Origin: Alphaproteobacteria bacterium
GTDB taxonomy: Bacteria > Pseudomonadota > Alphaproteobacteria > SP197
Length of the DNA stretch: 64,000 bases
Assembly: GCA_965228895.1 (NCBI GenBank)
Contig: OZ245842.1
Coordinates: 4,384,001-4,448,000, forward strand
Direction of reading: 5' to 3'
The notes beneath the pieces are model-generated. The model had not been told where the DNA came from. It saw only the letters and a list, made by a program, of their open reading frames with translations, and ran no database searches. The translations under genes and the position numbers were made by a program. This document shows, one piece after another, positions 1 through 10,836 of the stretch; the stretch's first letter is position 1; each line of letters starts with the position of its first letter.

Positions 1-445
1 GGAAATAGGCGGTCGTCGCTGTCGTGATCGACAACAACCGTCCGGCGCAGAAAAGACGCGGTCCCGGGATCTGACCGCTGTTGATGGCGCTCCTGACGGC
101 AATCTCGTGATAGTCCCAGCCGCCGACATCGCGCGCCGTCGTGATGCCGCCCATCAGCGTGCGCTTGGCCGCCTCCGCCGCATAGATCGCGATCTCTCCG
201 GGCAGCCGGCCGCTCCACACATTGTTCCGATAAGCCGCATGGGTCGGCGAGCAGAGATGAACATGGCAGTCAATGAACCCGGGCAGCAGAAAGGCGCCAT
301 CGGCATCGATCACCGTGTCGTCGCCGGCCGGTTTTGCGCCATCGGAGATCGATGCAATGCGTCCGGCTTCGATCCTGATGTCGCCGCGCCGATAGGCACC
401 CGCCGTGACGTCATAGATCGATCCACCCCGTAGCCACTGTGCCAT
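1..445 (-). CDS. Metal-dependent amidohydrolase (Xaa-Pro dipeptidase/imidazolonepropionase-like), 3' part runs off the window
   Basis: Manual minus-strand translation from ATG 445 (SD gagagagg): MAQWLRGGSIYDV...LLPGFIDCHVH...GITTARDVGG...IPGPRLFCAG. The PGxIDxHxH and GxTTxRD motifs are present. Not in the ORF track because it is truncated. Confidence 0.85.
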   Translation of the reverse strand, partial: MAQWLRGGSIYDVTAGAYRRGDIRIEAGRIASISDGAKPAGDDTVIDADGAFLLPGFIDCHVHLCSPTHAAYRNNVWSGRLPGEIAIYAAEAAKRTLMGGITTARDVGGWDYHEIAVRSAINSGQIPGPRLFCAGRLLSITTATTAYF

Positions 446-560
446 CTCTTATCCTCTCTCTTTGGCGGTTGCCCGCGCAGTCTGGGCCGCAACGGAGCGC
501 GTCGTCCAGTAGCGGCATCCATGCTGTCCAGGCGCCGCCGCCGAGACAGCGACAAAAATA

Positions 561-836
561 TCAGGGTGTCGAACGCTGCCTTCGATAGGCTGCGAGAAGA
601 TCGGCGACAGCCACGCCATCGATCGTGGCACCGGTCAACTGGCAGTTTGTGATCCTAAGGCCCGTCAGGTTGGCGTTCTCGACCTTCGCGCCCGACAGGT
701 TGGCGTCACTAATGCGCCAGCCCGACATGTTGCAGTTGTTGAGGGATGCGCCGGACAGGTTGACGTCGTCGAACCGCGATGCCGACAGGTTGGCACTGTT
801 CACGTGCAACACGTCGGTGACGTCCTTCAGCTTCAT
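561..836 (-). CDS. Small pentapeptide-repeat protein
   Basis: Repeated A(N/D)LSG-type pentapeptides (ANLSA, VNLSG, ANLSG, ANLTG); SD ggagg upstream. Confidence 0.8.
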   Translation of the reverse strand: MKLKDVTDVLHVNSANLSASRFDDVNLSGASLNNCNMSGWRISDANLSGAKVENANLTGLRITNCQLTGATIDGVAVADLLAAYRRQRSTP

Positions 837-896
837 GATGAGCCTCCATTCAGAGCCAATGCCACCCTGGGCCCGACGGCGATGATCGCCAGAGAC

Positions 897-973
<77 letters not shown>

Positions 974-1038
974 GGTGCCGCGGACCTTATGTCAGGCCCA
1001 GCGGCGAAACAAGACGGCGGCGAAACAAGCTGCGCAGG

Positions 1039-1545
1039 TCAGCCCGCGCGCGGCAAGGCGCCCTCGTGCTCCAGGAGCCATTTCTTGCGGTCGAGGCCGC
1101 CGCCATAGCCGGTCAGGGTGCCGTCGGCGCCGATCACACGGTGGCAGGGCACGACGACGGAGACCGGATTTTGACCGTTCGCCGCGCCGGCCGCACGGAC
1201 CGCTTTGGGCCGCCCGGCGCGCTTGGCGAGCTCGCGATAGGTGATGGTCTCGCCTGCCGGGATCGCGCGAAGCTCGGCCCACACCCGCTCCTGAAACGCC
1301 GTGCCGCGCGGTTTCGCCGCGAGCCCGTCGATCGCGTTGACGTCACCCGCCATATAGGCGCGCAACACCTCGGTCACGCCGGCGGGATTGGCCACCCGCG
1401 GGATCTCCGTATCCCCGAACTGACGCTTCACGTAGTGGTCAAGCCGGTCGCTGTCGTCGAACTCCAACAGGCGCAGCGCGCCGTCTTCGACGATCAGCAC
1501 CATGTCGCCGATCGGCGTCGAGAAGCGGTCTTGGCAAAGGCTCAT
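1039..1545 (-). CDS. ogt: Methylated-DNA--protein-cysteine methyltransferase
   Basis: GTAFQERVW, IPAGETITY, RAAGAANGQNP and active-site PCHRV motifs; start taken at MSLCQ (1545). Confidence 0.92.
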   Translation of the reverse strand: MSLCQDRFSTPIGDMVLIVEDGALRLLEFDDSDRLDHYVKRQFGDTEIPRVANPAGVTEVLRAYMAGDVNAIDGLAAKPRGTAFQERVWAELRAIPAGETITYRELAKRAGRPKAVRAAGAANGQNPVSVVVPCHRVIGADGTLTGYGGGLDRKKWLLEHEGALPRAG

Positions 1546-1613
1546 GGCGTTACTGTGCGCCGTCCAAGGTGACCGGTCAATCAGCGGCCACCGCGCCTCA
1601 AGAAGACTGCCGC

Positions 1614-2897
1614 TCACCCAAGCTTTGTTCCAACGTATCGACGCGGCGCAGCGCGCTCCTTGACCAGAAGATGCAGAACAGCCGAAAGGGCGCCAAGCGC
1701 GATCGAGGCGTACCAGATGACGTCGTAGTTGGCGTACATGTCAAACCAGATGCCGGCCAGCCACACGCCGGCGAAACCGCCGAGTTGATGGCTCAAGAAG
1801 ACGAAGCCGAACAGGGTGCCCATGGTTCGCGGACCAAACATCGTCAGCACCAAGGCGCTCGTCAGCGGCACCGTCGAGAGCCACAAGATGCCCATGGCGA
1901 ACGCGAAGACCATGACGGAAACCGGTGTAATGGGCTGCGATAGGAAGACCAGGATCGCGACCGTTCTAAGCGCATAGATCGCGGAGAGGACATAGGGTTT
2001 GGGAAAGATCGTACCCAAGTGGGTCGCCAGCAAGGTGCCGATGATGTTGGCAAACCCGACCAGGGAAAGCGCCTGCAATCCATAGGCGCGCAGCTCTTCC
2101 GGCGACATACCGGTGCCAACGCAAAAGTGCTGAACGAAGTTCGGCAAATGCGCCGTGATGAACGCCAGATGAAAGCCGCAGACGAAGAAGCCGGCGGTCA
2201 GGAAAATGAAACCGGGGTACCTGAACGCATCCGCCACTGTCTGGCGGAGCGAGACGCTATCGCTGCGGTCGGTCAACCCGCCATCGGCGTCGGTCGACGG
2301 CGCGGCCTCACCACGCATCATCGGGATGCATAGCGCCATGGGTGCCAGCATAAGGGCGATGATGATCAGCGTGATCCGCCAGTCGAACCATTCCATCAGC
2401 CACGACGCGACAAGCGGCATGATCACCTGCCCCACGGATCCGAGCGCCGAGGCGATGCCGAGATAAAGACCACGTTTGTCGACGGGCGCGGCGCGGCCGA
2501 TTACTGCCAGGACGACACCGAATGCGGTTCCCGATATCCCCATGCCGACCAGCAGCCCGGCGCCCAAATGCTGCGCCAATGGGGTCGTACCGACGACGCA
2601 AACCGCGATGCCCGCGACGTAGCAGAAGAAACCCAGCCAGAGTGCGCGGCGGTCGCCATAGCGATCCGCCACCATGCCGAAGACAGGCTGCGCCAGGCCC
2701 CAGACCAGGTTCTGTATGGCAATAGACAACGAGAAGATCTCGATCCCGCCATCGAACAGGTCGTCGGAGAGCGGTACGACGATACCGCCGAACATCGAGC
2801 GTACGCCGAACGACAGCGCCAGAACGATGCCGCCGGCGGCCACGATGACGTAGATCGACCGATGATCGTGCCTGGATTCTGTCGCGATGTTCGCCAT
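1614..2897 (-). CDS. MFS transporter
   Basis: About 12 hydrophobic segments, motif A GMVADRYGDRR, C-terminal FLSHQLGGF. Confidence 0.88.
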   Translation of the reverse strand: MANIATESRHDHRSIYVIVAAGGIVLALSFGVRSMFGGIVVPLSDDLFDGGIEIFSLSIAIQNLVWGLAQPVFGMVADRYGDRRALWLGFFCYVAGIAVCVVGTTPLAQHLGAGLLVGMGISGTAFGVVLAVIGRAAPVDKRGLYLGIASALGSVGQVIMPLVASWLMEWFDWRITLIIIALMLAPMALCIPMMRGEAAPSTDADGGLTDRSDSVSLRQTVADAFRYPGFIFLTAGFFVCGFHLAFITAHLPNFVQHFCVGTGMSPEELRAYGLQALSLVGFANIIGTLLATHLGTIFPKPYVLSAIYALRTVAILVFLSQPITPVSVMVFAFAMGILWLSTVPLTSALVLTMFGPRTMGTLFGFVFLSHQLGGFAGVWLAGIWFDMYANYDVIWYASIALGALSAVLHLLVKERAAPRRYVGTKLG

Positions 2898-3048
2898 GCC
2901 GCGCTTTCGTCCGCCTCGTTCCATCCGGTGGCCGAATCACGTCGTTGGGACGTTTGGAACAGGCGCACCCGGATTGACGGCACAGATAGCAAGTCTGTAT
3001 ACTTTCTAAAATCGAATTTAACTGAACTTTTACTTCAAACTATCGAAT

Positions 3049-3921
3049 ATGAAGGCAACCTTCGACACGGAGTCACTGCGGGCCATCGTGGCGGGCGCCG
3101 ATCTCGGCAGCTTCGCGCGCGCGGCCGTGCAACTGGGCCGTTCACAGTCGGCCATCAGCATGCAACTGAAGAAGCTGGAACAGCAGGCGGGTACCCAGCT
3201 TTTTGCCCGACAAGGCCGGGGCCTCGTGCCGACGGAAGCCGGCGAGGCCCTGATCGCCTATGCCCGCCGGATCATTGCCCTCAACGATGAAGCGGCGGCC
3301 GCGGTTGGTGCGAGCGTGAGCACGGCGCTTGTTCGTCTGGGCCTGCCACAGGACTTCTTTGACGACGTCATGCCTGCCGCGCTCACGGCCTTTTCCCAGG
3401 ACCATCCGAATGTGCAGGTCGACATCCGGGTTGGCGAAAACCACAAGCTGAGCGAAGAGGTCAGAATCGGCCGGCTTGATGGCGCCATCGCCTTTTTTGA
3501 AGACGGCGTCAGCAACGAAGGTGAGCTTCTGTGCACCCTACCCATGCGCTGGCTTGCGCATGAGTCCTATCCGAGCGTTCTATCGGCGGACAGTGTCGAC
3601 CTGATCATGTTCGACCATCCCTGCCTGTTTCGAAAAGCGGCGCTCTCGGCGTTGGATCGATCGCGGCAGCGCTGGCGTATGGCGATGACGACACCAAGCC
3701 TGCTCTATGTCTGGTCGGCCTTGCGATCGAACCTGGGGATCGGTGTGCGCACGGAACATGGGCTGCCGCACGACATCGTCTGTTTGGACGACCCGTCTGA
3801 CCTTCCCCAACTGCCGGCCATCGAGCTGAGGCTTCTGCGCCCAAAGAATGCGTCGTCTCGGTCGCGGGATTTGTGCGAGATCCTGCAACGGGAGACGATC
3901 CGGCTCGTTGCGCCGGGCTAG
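3049..3921 (+). CDS. LysR-family regulator, divergent from the MFS gene
   Basis: N-terminal HTH SFARAAVQLGRSQSAISMQLKKLE; 290 aa; AT-rich divergent intergenic region. Confidence 0.92.
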   Translation: MKATFDTESLRAIVAGADLGSFARAAVQLGRSQSAISMQLKKLEQQAGTQLFARQGRGLVPTEAGEALIAYARRIIALNDEAAAAVGASVSTALVRLGLPQDFFDDVMPAALTAFSQDHPNVQVDIRVGENHKLSEEVRIGRLDGAIAFFEDGVSNEGELLCTLPMRWLAHESYPSVLSADSVDLIMFDHPCLFRKAALSALDRSRQRWRMAMTTPSLLYVWSALRSNLGIGVRTEHGLPHDIVCLDDPSDLPQLPAIELRLLRPKNASSRSRDLCEILQRETIRLVAPG

Positions 3922-3924
3922 CGG

Positions 3925-4875
3925 TCAATCCGCGGCGGCCGCGCCCGCCTGGATTGACGTCAAATTGACGAAGACTTCTTCGAGATCGCTCTCGGTCGTC
4001 GACATGTCTTCGATGGTGAGACCGGCCTGGCGCAACTGACCCAGGATGTCTTCGAGCCGGGTCTGGCTTGGCCGGTAGCGCAGAATGAGGCGCCCGTTGG
4101 GTGTGACCCGGCTGTCCAACCGCTCCAACTCAGCCGGCACGGCGTCCAAAGGTTCGGAGAGCCGTATCGTCAGGACTTTGACGTCCAGCCGCTGTTTCAG
4201 ACCCTCTGTCGTGTCGCGCACGATGAGTTCGCCGTGGTTGATGATGGCGATCTCGTCGCAGAACCGCTCGGCCTCCTCCAGATAGTGGGTCGTCAGCAGG
4301 ATGGTCACGCCTTCCTCGTTGAGCCGGCGGATATAGGCCCAGAAACTACGGCGCAGCTCGACATCGACGCCGGCGGTCGGTTCGTCGAGGACGATGACCG
4401 GCGGGCTGTGGACCATCGCCTTGGCGACCAAGAGGCGCCGGCGCATGCCGCCCGAAAGACTGCGGGCATAGGTCTCGGCCTGTTCGGTCAGGCCGACCGC
4501 ATCCAGGATCTCGTCCGTCTTGCGCAGGCGTTTGGGCACGCCATAGAGCCCGGCCTGCAGTTCCAACGCCTCGCGCGGCGAAAAGAACGGATCGATGTTG
4601 AGTTCCTGGGGTACGACGCCGATGGCGCGTTTGGCGTCGCGCGGGTTCTTGTCGATGTCGTAGCCCCAGATCACCGCCTTGCCGGCCGACTTGGTGACCA
4701 GACCGGCCAGGATGTTGATCATGGTCGACTTGCCGGCGCCGTTCGGCCCCAGAAGGCCAAAGAAGGCGCCGCGCGGCACGGCCAGGTCGACGCCCTTCAG
4801 GGCCTGCTTGGCGCCCGAACCCCGGCCATAGGTCTTTTTCAGCGCTTGGATGTCGATGGCGGTGTCGTTGCTCAT
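3925..4875 (-). CDS. ABC transporter ATP-binding protein (YadG/DrrA type), no permease adjacent
   Basis: Walker A GPNGAGKST, signature LSGGM, Walker B IVLDEPT, H-loop TTHY. Confidence 0.92.
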   Translation of the reverse strand: MSNDTAIDIQALKKTYGRGSGAKQALKGVDLAVPRGAFFGLLGPNGAGKSTMINILAGLVTKSAGKAVIWGYDIDKNPRDAKRAIGVVPQELNIDPFFSPREALELQAGLYGVPKRLRKTDEILDAVGLTEQAETYARSLSGGMRRRLLVAKAMVHSPPVIVLDEPTAGVDVELRRSFWAYIRRLNEEGVTILLTTHYLEEAERFCDEIAIINHGELIVRDTTEGLKQRLDVKVLTIRLSEPLDAVPAELERLDSRVTPNGRLILRYRPSQTRLEDILGQLRQAGLTIEDMSTTESDLEEVFVNLTSIQAGAAAAD

Positions 4876-4990
4876 GGCGGCGCGCTCTTAACATGGCGCG
4901 TCACGAAGCGAAACCGGCGCCGTCCGACTGAACTGAGCACCCACGAATCTCGATGCGAGCGATTCGCAAAAGCGTCCGCTATACTGTCTT

Positions 4991-5995
4991 GTGCGAGAGG
5001 AGTTGTGTTTGGCTGATCAAGACACGCAGGAAAACGGGCTTATCTTCGCCGTGATCCTCGACGGCAAGGGCGGTGGCCGTGAGATTGGCTGGGACGGGAT
5101 CGATGCGTGGTCGCCCGGTTCCGGCATGCTGTGGGTCCATCTCGACTTTCAAAGCAGCCAGGCCAAGAATTGGCTTAACGAGAAAAGCGGTATCGACCCC
5201 GTGCTCGCACGAACGATCGTCGCGGCGGACGCCCGCCCGCGTGTGGTGGCGCTCGACGACGCCCTCATGGTGTCGTTGCGCGGTGTGAACCTGAACCCCG
5301 GCGCCAACCCTGAAGACATGGTCGGCATCCGCGTCTGGATTGATCGCGATCGCATCATTTCAGTCAGGCACAGGCGCTTGATGGCGGCGCAGGATTTACG
5401 CGCCAAACTGGCAAATGGTTACGGCCCGAAGACGAACGGCGAGTTTCTTGCCAGGCTGACGGACAGCCTGATCGAACGCATGGGGCCGGTGGTCAGCGAA
5501 CTGGAAGACCATGTTGACGATCTGGAAAACCAGGTGCTGACAAAGGGCCGGTCGAGCCTGCGCACGGAACTGTCCGACATCCGCCGCGTCGCCATTACGT
5601 TAAGGCGCTACCTGGCGCCGCAGCGTGATGCCATGTCGAGGTTGATGCTGGAAGACATGACGTGGCTGTCGACCATGGATAAGGCGATGCTGCGCGAAGT
5701 CGCCGACCGAACCACCCGTTATGTCGAGGATCTCGACTCGGCGCGCGAACGGGCCGCGGTCGTCCATGAAGAACTTGCCGCGCGTCTCGCCGACCAGATG
5801 AACCGGACGATGTACGTGCTGACGGTCGTCGCTGCTATCCTGCTACCACCAAGCCTGCTGACGGGATTGTTCGGCATCAACGTCGGCGGCATGCCGGGTG
5901 TCGATAACGAATGGTCGTTCGCAATTATCGTCGTCGGCATTGTGATCATCGCCGTCGTCGAGTTTTTTGTCCTGCGCTGGTTGAAGTGGATTTAA
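4991..5995 (+). CDS. zntB: Zinc transporter ZntB (CorA family); start may be TTG 5009
   Basis: LRGVNLNPGANPEDMV, RRYLAPQRDA, GIN signature (TGLFGINVGGMP), two C-terminal TM helices. Confidence 0.88.
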   Translation: MREELCLADQDTQENGLIFAVILDGKGGGREIGWDGIDAWSPGSGMLWVHLDFQSSQAKNWLNEKSGIDPVLARTIVAADARPRVVALDDALMVSLRGVNLNPGANPEDMVGIRVWIDRDRIISVRHRRLMAAQDLRAKLANGYGPKTNGEFLARLTDSLIERMGPVVSELEDHVDDLENQVLTKGRSSLRTELSDIRRVAITLRRYLAPQRDAMSRLMLEDMTWLSTMDKAMLREVADRTTRYVEDLDSARERAAVVHEELAARLADQMNRTMYVLTVVAAILLPPSLLTGLFGINVGGMPGVDNEWSFAIIVVGIVIIAVVEFFVLRWLKWI

Positions 5996-5998
5996 GGC

Positions 5999-7318
5999 GT
6001 GGATGAGATCAACGTCGACGTCAATCGACTCAGCATCTGGTTGGATGACCTGCTGGTGTGGGTCGATGCCGAAGTCCTGATCTGGCCAAAGTTGACCCAG
6101 GTCCTTGTCGCGGTAGCGCTACTAGCAATCGCGCTCTTGATCGCACCGTCTTTGCGCCGCTCGCTGACGGCTCTTGCCGATCGCAAGAAATTAGAAAACC
6201 CTCTCAAAGGTGCGCTGAATGCCGTCGCGCGATTGGCACCGATCTTTACATGGGCGATCCTTTTATGGATCGCCACATTGGCGGCAGCCGAAGCGGAGAT
6301 ACGCAACAATCTGCTGGCGGTTGTCACGACATTGGTGACGGCATGGGTCGTCATCCGGTTCGTCTCAAGCTTGGTGCGCGACCCGTCGATGGCGCGCCTG
6401 GTCGCGTTCAGTGCCTGGGCGATCGCCGCCCTCAGCATTCTTGATTTGCTGGAGCCGACGTCGAACATCCTCGATCGTATCGCGCTGAACATCGGCGATG
6501 TTCACATCTCGGTTCTAACCGTTTTGAAAGGCGCGGTCGCATTGGTCGTCTTGCTGTGGCTCGCCAACATCCTGTCGCACTTCCTCGACCGCCGGTATCG
6601 ATCGCTCGAATCGCTGACGCCTTCGATCAAGGTCCTGGCGAGCAAAGTCACGAAGATCCTGCTCATTACCATCGCCATTCTTGCGGCGCTGAGTGTCGTC
6701 GGCATCGACTTGACCGCCTTTGCCGTCTTTTCCGGGGCGGTCGGCGTCGGTGTCGGGTTCGGCCTGCAGAAGGTCGTCTCGAACTTGATAAGCGGCGTGA
6801 TCCTGTTGCTCGATCGCTCGATCAAGCCGGGCGATGTCATCGGCGTGGACCAGACCTATGGCTGGATCAAGGACCTGAACGCCCGCTATGCATCCGTCGT
6901 CACCCGCGACGGCGTCGAGCACCTGATTCCAAACGAAGACTTGATCACGCAGAAGGTGATGAATTGGTCGTTCTCGGACCTCCAAGTGCGCCTCAAGATT
7001 CCAGTCGGCATCTCCTATAACGCCGATGTCCGCAAGGCGATCGAGCTTTGCCTTGAGGCAGCCGCGGCGGTCGAGCGTGTCATCGACGAACCCAAGTCCG
7101 TCTGCCTGTTGAAGGGGTTCGGCGACAGCTCCGTCGATCTGGAAATTCGCATATGGATACAAGACCCGCAGAACGGCGTGTCGAACGTCAAGAGCCAGGT
7201 GCTGCTCGGCGTATGGGATCGGTTCCATGAACACGGTATCGAGATTCCGTTCCCGCAGCGCGATATTCACGTGCGGTCATCTACGCCGTTAGAGATAACG
7301 CCATCAGGCAATGATTAA
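5999..7318 (+). CDS. Small-conductance mechanosensitive channel (MscS family, extended N-terminal TM region)
   Basis: GVGVGFGLQKVVSNLISG, IKPGDVI, IPNE, GIEIPFPQRD motifs. Confidence 0.92.
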   Translation: MDEINVDVNRLSIWLDDLLVWVDAEVLIWPKLTQVLVAVALLAIALLIAPSLRRSLTALADRKKLENPLKGALNAVARLAPIFTWAILLWIATLAAAEAEIRNNLLAVVTTLVTAWVVIRFVSSLVRDPSMARLVAFSAWAIAALSILDLLEPTSNILDRIALNIGDVHISVLTVLKGAVALVVLLWLANILSHFLDRRYRSLESLTPSIKVLASKVTKILLITIAILAALSVVGIDLTAFAVFSGAVGVGVGFGLQKVVSNLISGVILLLDRSIKPGDVIGVDQTYGWIKDLNARYASVVTRDGVEHLIPNEDLITQKVMNWSFSDLQVRLKIPVGISYNADVRKAIELCLEAAAAVERVIDEPKSVCLLKGFGDSSVDLEIRIWIQDPQNGVSNVKSQVLLGVWDRFHEHGIEIPFPQRDIHVRSSTPLEITPSGND

Positions 7319-7435
7319 TGTTGACATCGCAGCGACCGTCGAATTGACCGTGTTCGCTAGCCATAGCGCAACAAACGCAGGCCAATCAGCATCGAGACCA
7401 CAGGACAATTCGTCGAGAGTGAGTTAATTCGGGTC

Positions 7436-7966
7436 ATGACGAACGAAGAAAAACGTGTCATTGGCTGGCGTGAATGGCTGGCCATCCCGACGCTGGGTAT
7501 CGAACGGATCAAGGCCAAGATCGATACCGGCGCGCGCACGTCCGCGCTTCACGCCTATGACCTGGAACCATTTCAACAGGACGGCGTTCCGTGGATACGG
7601 TTCACGGTCCGCCCCTTGCAGCGCAACAGCAAGCTTGTGTTCGCGTGTACGGCGCCGGTGGTTGACCAGCGGGAGGTGACAAGTTCAACCGGCCAGACCG
7701 AACGGCGCTATGTGGTCGAGGTCGAGATCGCCATGGGCGGCGAAACCTGGCCTGTCGAGATGACGCTTGCCGCGCGTGACGAAATGGGTTTTCGCATGCT
7801 GCTGGGGAGAACAGCGGTCGAAGGCCGCATGATTGTCGACCCGGACCGCTCTTTCGTTCTGGGTCGCCTTAAGCCGCCCAAAAGACCACAAGGCAAGAAG
7901 AGGCCGGGTGCAAAAACAAAAAAAAGCCGAAGGGAAGGCAGCGAGGACAGGGAGGCAACACCGTGA
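7436..7966 (+). CDS. RimK-associated retropepsin-like protease (RimB-like, 'ATP-dependent Zn protease' family)
   Basis: [32 protein letters not shown]; overlaps the rimK start (GTGA). Confidence 0.88.
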   Translation: MTNEEKRVIGWREWLAIPTLGIERIKAKIDTGARTSALHAYDLEPFQQDGVPWIRFTVRPLQRNSKLVFACTAPVVDQREVTSSTGQTERRYVVEVEIAMGGETWPVEMTLAARDEMGFRMLLGRTAVEGRMIVDPDRSFVLGRLKPPKRPQGKKRPGAKTKKSRREGSEDREATP

Positions 7967-8868
7967 AAATCTGCATGCTGGCGCGCAACGCGAAACTCTA
8001 TTCACACAAGCGTCTGGTCGAGGCGGCCCAGGAGCGCGGCCACGAGATCGATATCGTCGACCATCTGAAATGCTACATGGACATCACATCACACCGGCCG
8101 GGCATTCGCTACGAGGGCGAAGCGCTCACCGGTTATGACGCGGTCATTCCGCGCATCGGCGCGTCGGTGACGTTTTATGGTCTTGCGGTGCTGCGCCAGT
8201 TCGAGATGATGCATGTCTGGCCAATGAACGAGTCCGTCGCGATCGGACGATCGCGCGATAAACTGCGCTGCCTCCAGCTGCTATCCCGTGCAGGTCTCGG
8301 CCTGCCGGTGACAGGTTTCGCCCACGCGACCAAAGAGGTCGACAGCATGATCGAGATGGTGGGCGGTGCCCCGGTGGTGATCAAGCTGTTGGAAGGCACG
8401 CAAGGCATCGGCGTGGTACTGGGCGAGACCCATAGCTCGGCCAAGAGTATCATCGAGGCCTTCAGGGGCCTGGACGCCCAGATCATGGTCCAGGAGTTCA
8501 TCAAGGAGGCCAAGGGTGTCGATATCCGCTGTTTGGTCATTGGCGGCAAGGTTGTCGCGGCCATGCAGCGCAAGGGCGCGGAAGACGACTTTCGTTCGAA
8601 CCTCCATCGCGGCGGCACGGCGACGACCATCCGCATCACGCCGGAGGAACGGTCCACCGCGGTGCGCGCCGCCAAGACGCTCGGCCTCAATGTCGCCGGC
8701 GTCGACATGCTGCGTGCCAACCACGGCCCGGTGATCATGGAGGTCAACTCGTCGCCCGGCCTGGAAGGCATCGAAAAGGCAACCAGCAGGGATATCGCCG
8801 GCGAGATCATTGGCTTCATCGAGACCCATGCCAAGGTTGGCAAGACAAAGACCCGCGGCAGTGGCTAA
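7963..8868 (+). CDS. rimK: Ribosomal protein S6--L-glutamate ligase (ATP-grasp)
   Basis: [48 protein letters not shown]. Confidence 0.95.
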   Translation: MKICMLARNAKLYSHKRLVEAAQERGHEIDIVDHLKCYMDITSHRPGIRYEGEALTGYDAVIPRIGASVTFYGLAVLRQFEMMHVWPMNESVAIGRSRDKLRCLQLLSRAGLGLPVTGFAHATKEVDSMIEMVGGAPVVIKLLEGTQGIGVVLGETHSSAKSIIEAFRGLDAQIMVQEFIKEAKGVDIRCLVIGGKVVAAMQRKGAEDDFRSNLHRGGTATTIRITPEERSTAVRAAKTLGLNVAGVDMLRANHGPVIMEVNSSPGLEGIEKATSRDIAGEIIGFIETHAKVGKTKTRGSG

Positions 8869-9907
8869 GCCGTCTCACGCGCCGATTGAGATTGGCGGCC
8901 ATACGATCGAACCGGGCGAGCGAGTCACGCTGGACCTGCCGCTGTCCGTTCTGTCGACCCACACGCAGGTCAACCTGCCGATCCAGGTCATCCACGGCAA
9001 GCGGCCCGGACCGCGTCTACTGGTGACCGCCGCCGTGCATGGCGACGAGTTGAACGGGGTCGAGATCATCCGCCGACTGCTTGCGCGCCCCTCGGTGCGC
9101 CGCCTGGCCGGCACGCTGATTGCCGTTCCCATCGTCAACGTCTACGGGGTCATCAGCTATACCCGTTATCTGCCGGACCGGCGCGATCTCAACCGCAGCT
9201 TTCCCGGCTCGTCGACAGGCTCGCTGGCGTCCCAGCTTGCCCATCTCGTCAATCATGAGGTCTTGGCCCATGCCACCCATGCGGTCGATCTGCACACGGG
9301 CGCCATCCACCGCACCAATCTGCCCCAGATCCGCGGCCAGATAAAAGATGACGGCGTCCAACGCCTGATGAAGGCATTTGGCGCGCCGATCATGCTGGAC
9401 GCACCCCTTAGGCCCGGTTCGATGCGCACGATCGCGTCCGAGCGCGGCATTCCCATGGTCGTTTACGAATCCGGCGAAGCGCTCAGGTTCGATGAATTGT
9501 GCATCCGCACAGGTCTTGAGGGCGTGCTGAACATCATGGTCGATCTCGACATGATCCGACGCACGCGTTCGCGCCGTCGCGAGACGCCGGAGGCCGTCGT
9601 GGCCCACTCCAGCTATTGGGTCCGGGCGCCGGCTGGCGGCATCCTGCGCAGCACGTTCAAAATCGGCGAACGCGTCGAGGAAGATCAAGTCGTCGGCATC
9701 ATCGCCGATCCCATGGGTCAGTCCGAGGTGCCGGTAACGGCAAGCGAAGGCGGTATCGTGATCGGCCATACGCGGCTGCCGATCACCAATCAGGGCGATG
9801 CGCTCATCCATATTGCCCGTGTGCGCGATCCGATGAACGCGGCCGAACAGATCGAGTCCTTCCAGGACGTGCTGAGCGACGAGGAAGAAACCTGGTCGGA
9901 TAACTGA
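8861..9907 (+). CDS. Succinylglutamate desuccinylase/aspartoacylase (M14-like) protein
   Basis: HGDELNG zinc motif, [18 protein letters not shown]; GTG start overlaps the rimK stop. Confidence 0.88.
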   Translation: MAKPSHAPIEIGGHTIEPGERVTLDLPLSVLSTHTQVNLPIQVIHGKRPGPRLLVTAAVHGDELNGVEIIRRLLARPSVRRLAGTLIAVPIVNVYGVISYTRYLPDRRDLNRSFPGSSTGSLASQLAHLVNHEVLAHATHAVDLHTGAIHRTNLPQIRGQIKDDGVQRLMKAFGAPIMLDAPLRPGSMRTIASERGIPMVVYESGEALRFDELCIRTGLEGVLNIMVDLDMIRRTRSRRRETPEAVVAHSSYWVRAPAGGILRSTFKIGERVEEDQVVGIIADPMGQSEVPVTASEGGIVIGHTRLPITNQGDALIHIARVRDPMNAAEQIESFQDVLSDEEETWSDN

Positions 9908-9997
9908 CGACAAAGCCTGCCCTGATCAGAGCAACCATGCCCGTTGCGCTGGTCGCGACCATGGGTATCATCCAGGCTCGTCAACGGGAGCTCACGC

Positions 9998-10192
9998 ATG
10001 ACTGCAGAACCGCCGGAAATCATCGAAACCGACTCGCCCAAGGTGGCGTGCGACGGCGGCGGCGGCGCACTCGGCCATCCCAAGGTCTATTACGATCTGA
10101 GCGCCCATGGTCAGATCGACTGCGGCTATTGCGACAGGCGCTTTATCTGGACTGGCTTCAAGGGCGACCAGGACGACGGCGCGGCCGCGTGA
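9998..10192 (+). CDS. zf-CHCC zinc-finger protein (NDUFS6-like complex I accessory homolog)
   Basis: VACDGGGGALGHPKVY...CGYCDRRF. Confidence 0.85.
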   Translation: MTAEPPEIIETDSPKVACDGGGGALGHPKVYYDLSAHGQIDCGYCDRRFIWTGFKGDQDDGAAA

Positions 10193-10193
10193 C

Positions 10194-10829
10194 ATGACGC
10201 TGACCGGCTCGGTCCTGATTACCTTTGCGCTCGCCCTTGTCACGATCGCCAACCCGATCGGCAACATGGCGATCTTCGCCTCGCTGACCGGTGACAGGGA
10301 CGATGGGGAAAAGAAACAAATTGCGCTGAAATCGACGATTTCGATTGCGATCATTCTGGTCATCGTCACCTGGTCCGGCAGTTACATCCTGGGCCTGTTC
10401 GACATTTCCGTCGCCGCCTTTCAAACCACCGGCGGGCTGATCATCTTGCTGCTCGGGCTCTCCATGCTGCACAGCAAGACGAGCGCCATGCATCAAACGC
10501 TGGAGGAGAAGGAGGCGGCAGCGGAAAAGGAGCAGATCGCCGTCGTGCCTCTTGCCATCCCGATTGTCGCCGGACCGGGCGCCATGACGACCATCATCGT
10601 CCAGACCCACCAGACCGGCACAGTCATGGACCGGGTCGTCATCACCCTGGTGTGCCTTGGCGTCACGGTGTTGCTTTTGCTGGCCTTCCGCTTCGCTGCC
10701 CCGCTCAGCCATCGCCTGGGCATCGGCGGCGTCAACATCGTGACCCGCATCATGGGCATGGTGCTGGCGGCCATCGCCATGGGCATGCTGGCCGCCGGGC
10801 TGAAAAAGCTTTTCCCGGGTCTGGCCTAG
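10194..10829 (+). CDS. MarC family membrane protein
   Basis: NPIGN, VPLAIPIVAGPG, TRIMGMVLAA. Confidence 0.9.
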   Translation: MTLTGSVLITFALALVTIANPIGNMAIFASLTGDRDDGEKKQIALKSTISIAIILVIVTWSGSYILGLFDISVAAFQTTGGLIILLLGLSMLHSKTSAMHQTLEEKEAAAEKEQIAVVPLAIPIVAGPGAMTTIIVQTHQTGTVMDRVVITLVCLGVTVLLLLAFRFAAPLSHRLGIGGVNIVTRIMGMVLAAIAMGMLAAGLKKLFPGLA

Positions 10830-10836
10830 ACCAGAT

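Noticed and set aside
107-433. 108-aa plus-strand ORF
   Set aside because: It is the shadow of the truncated minus-strand amidohydrolase.
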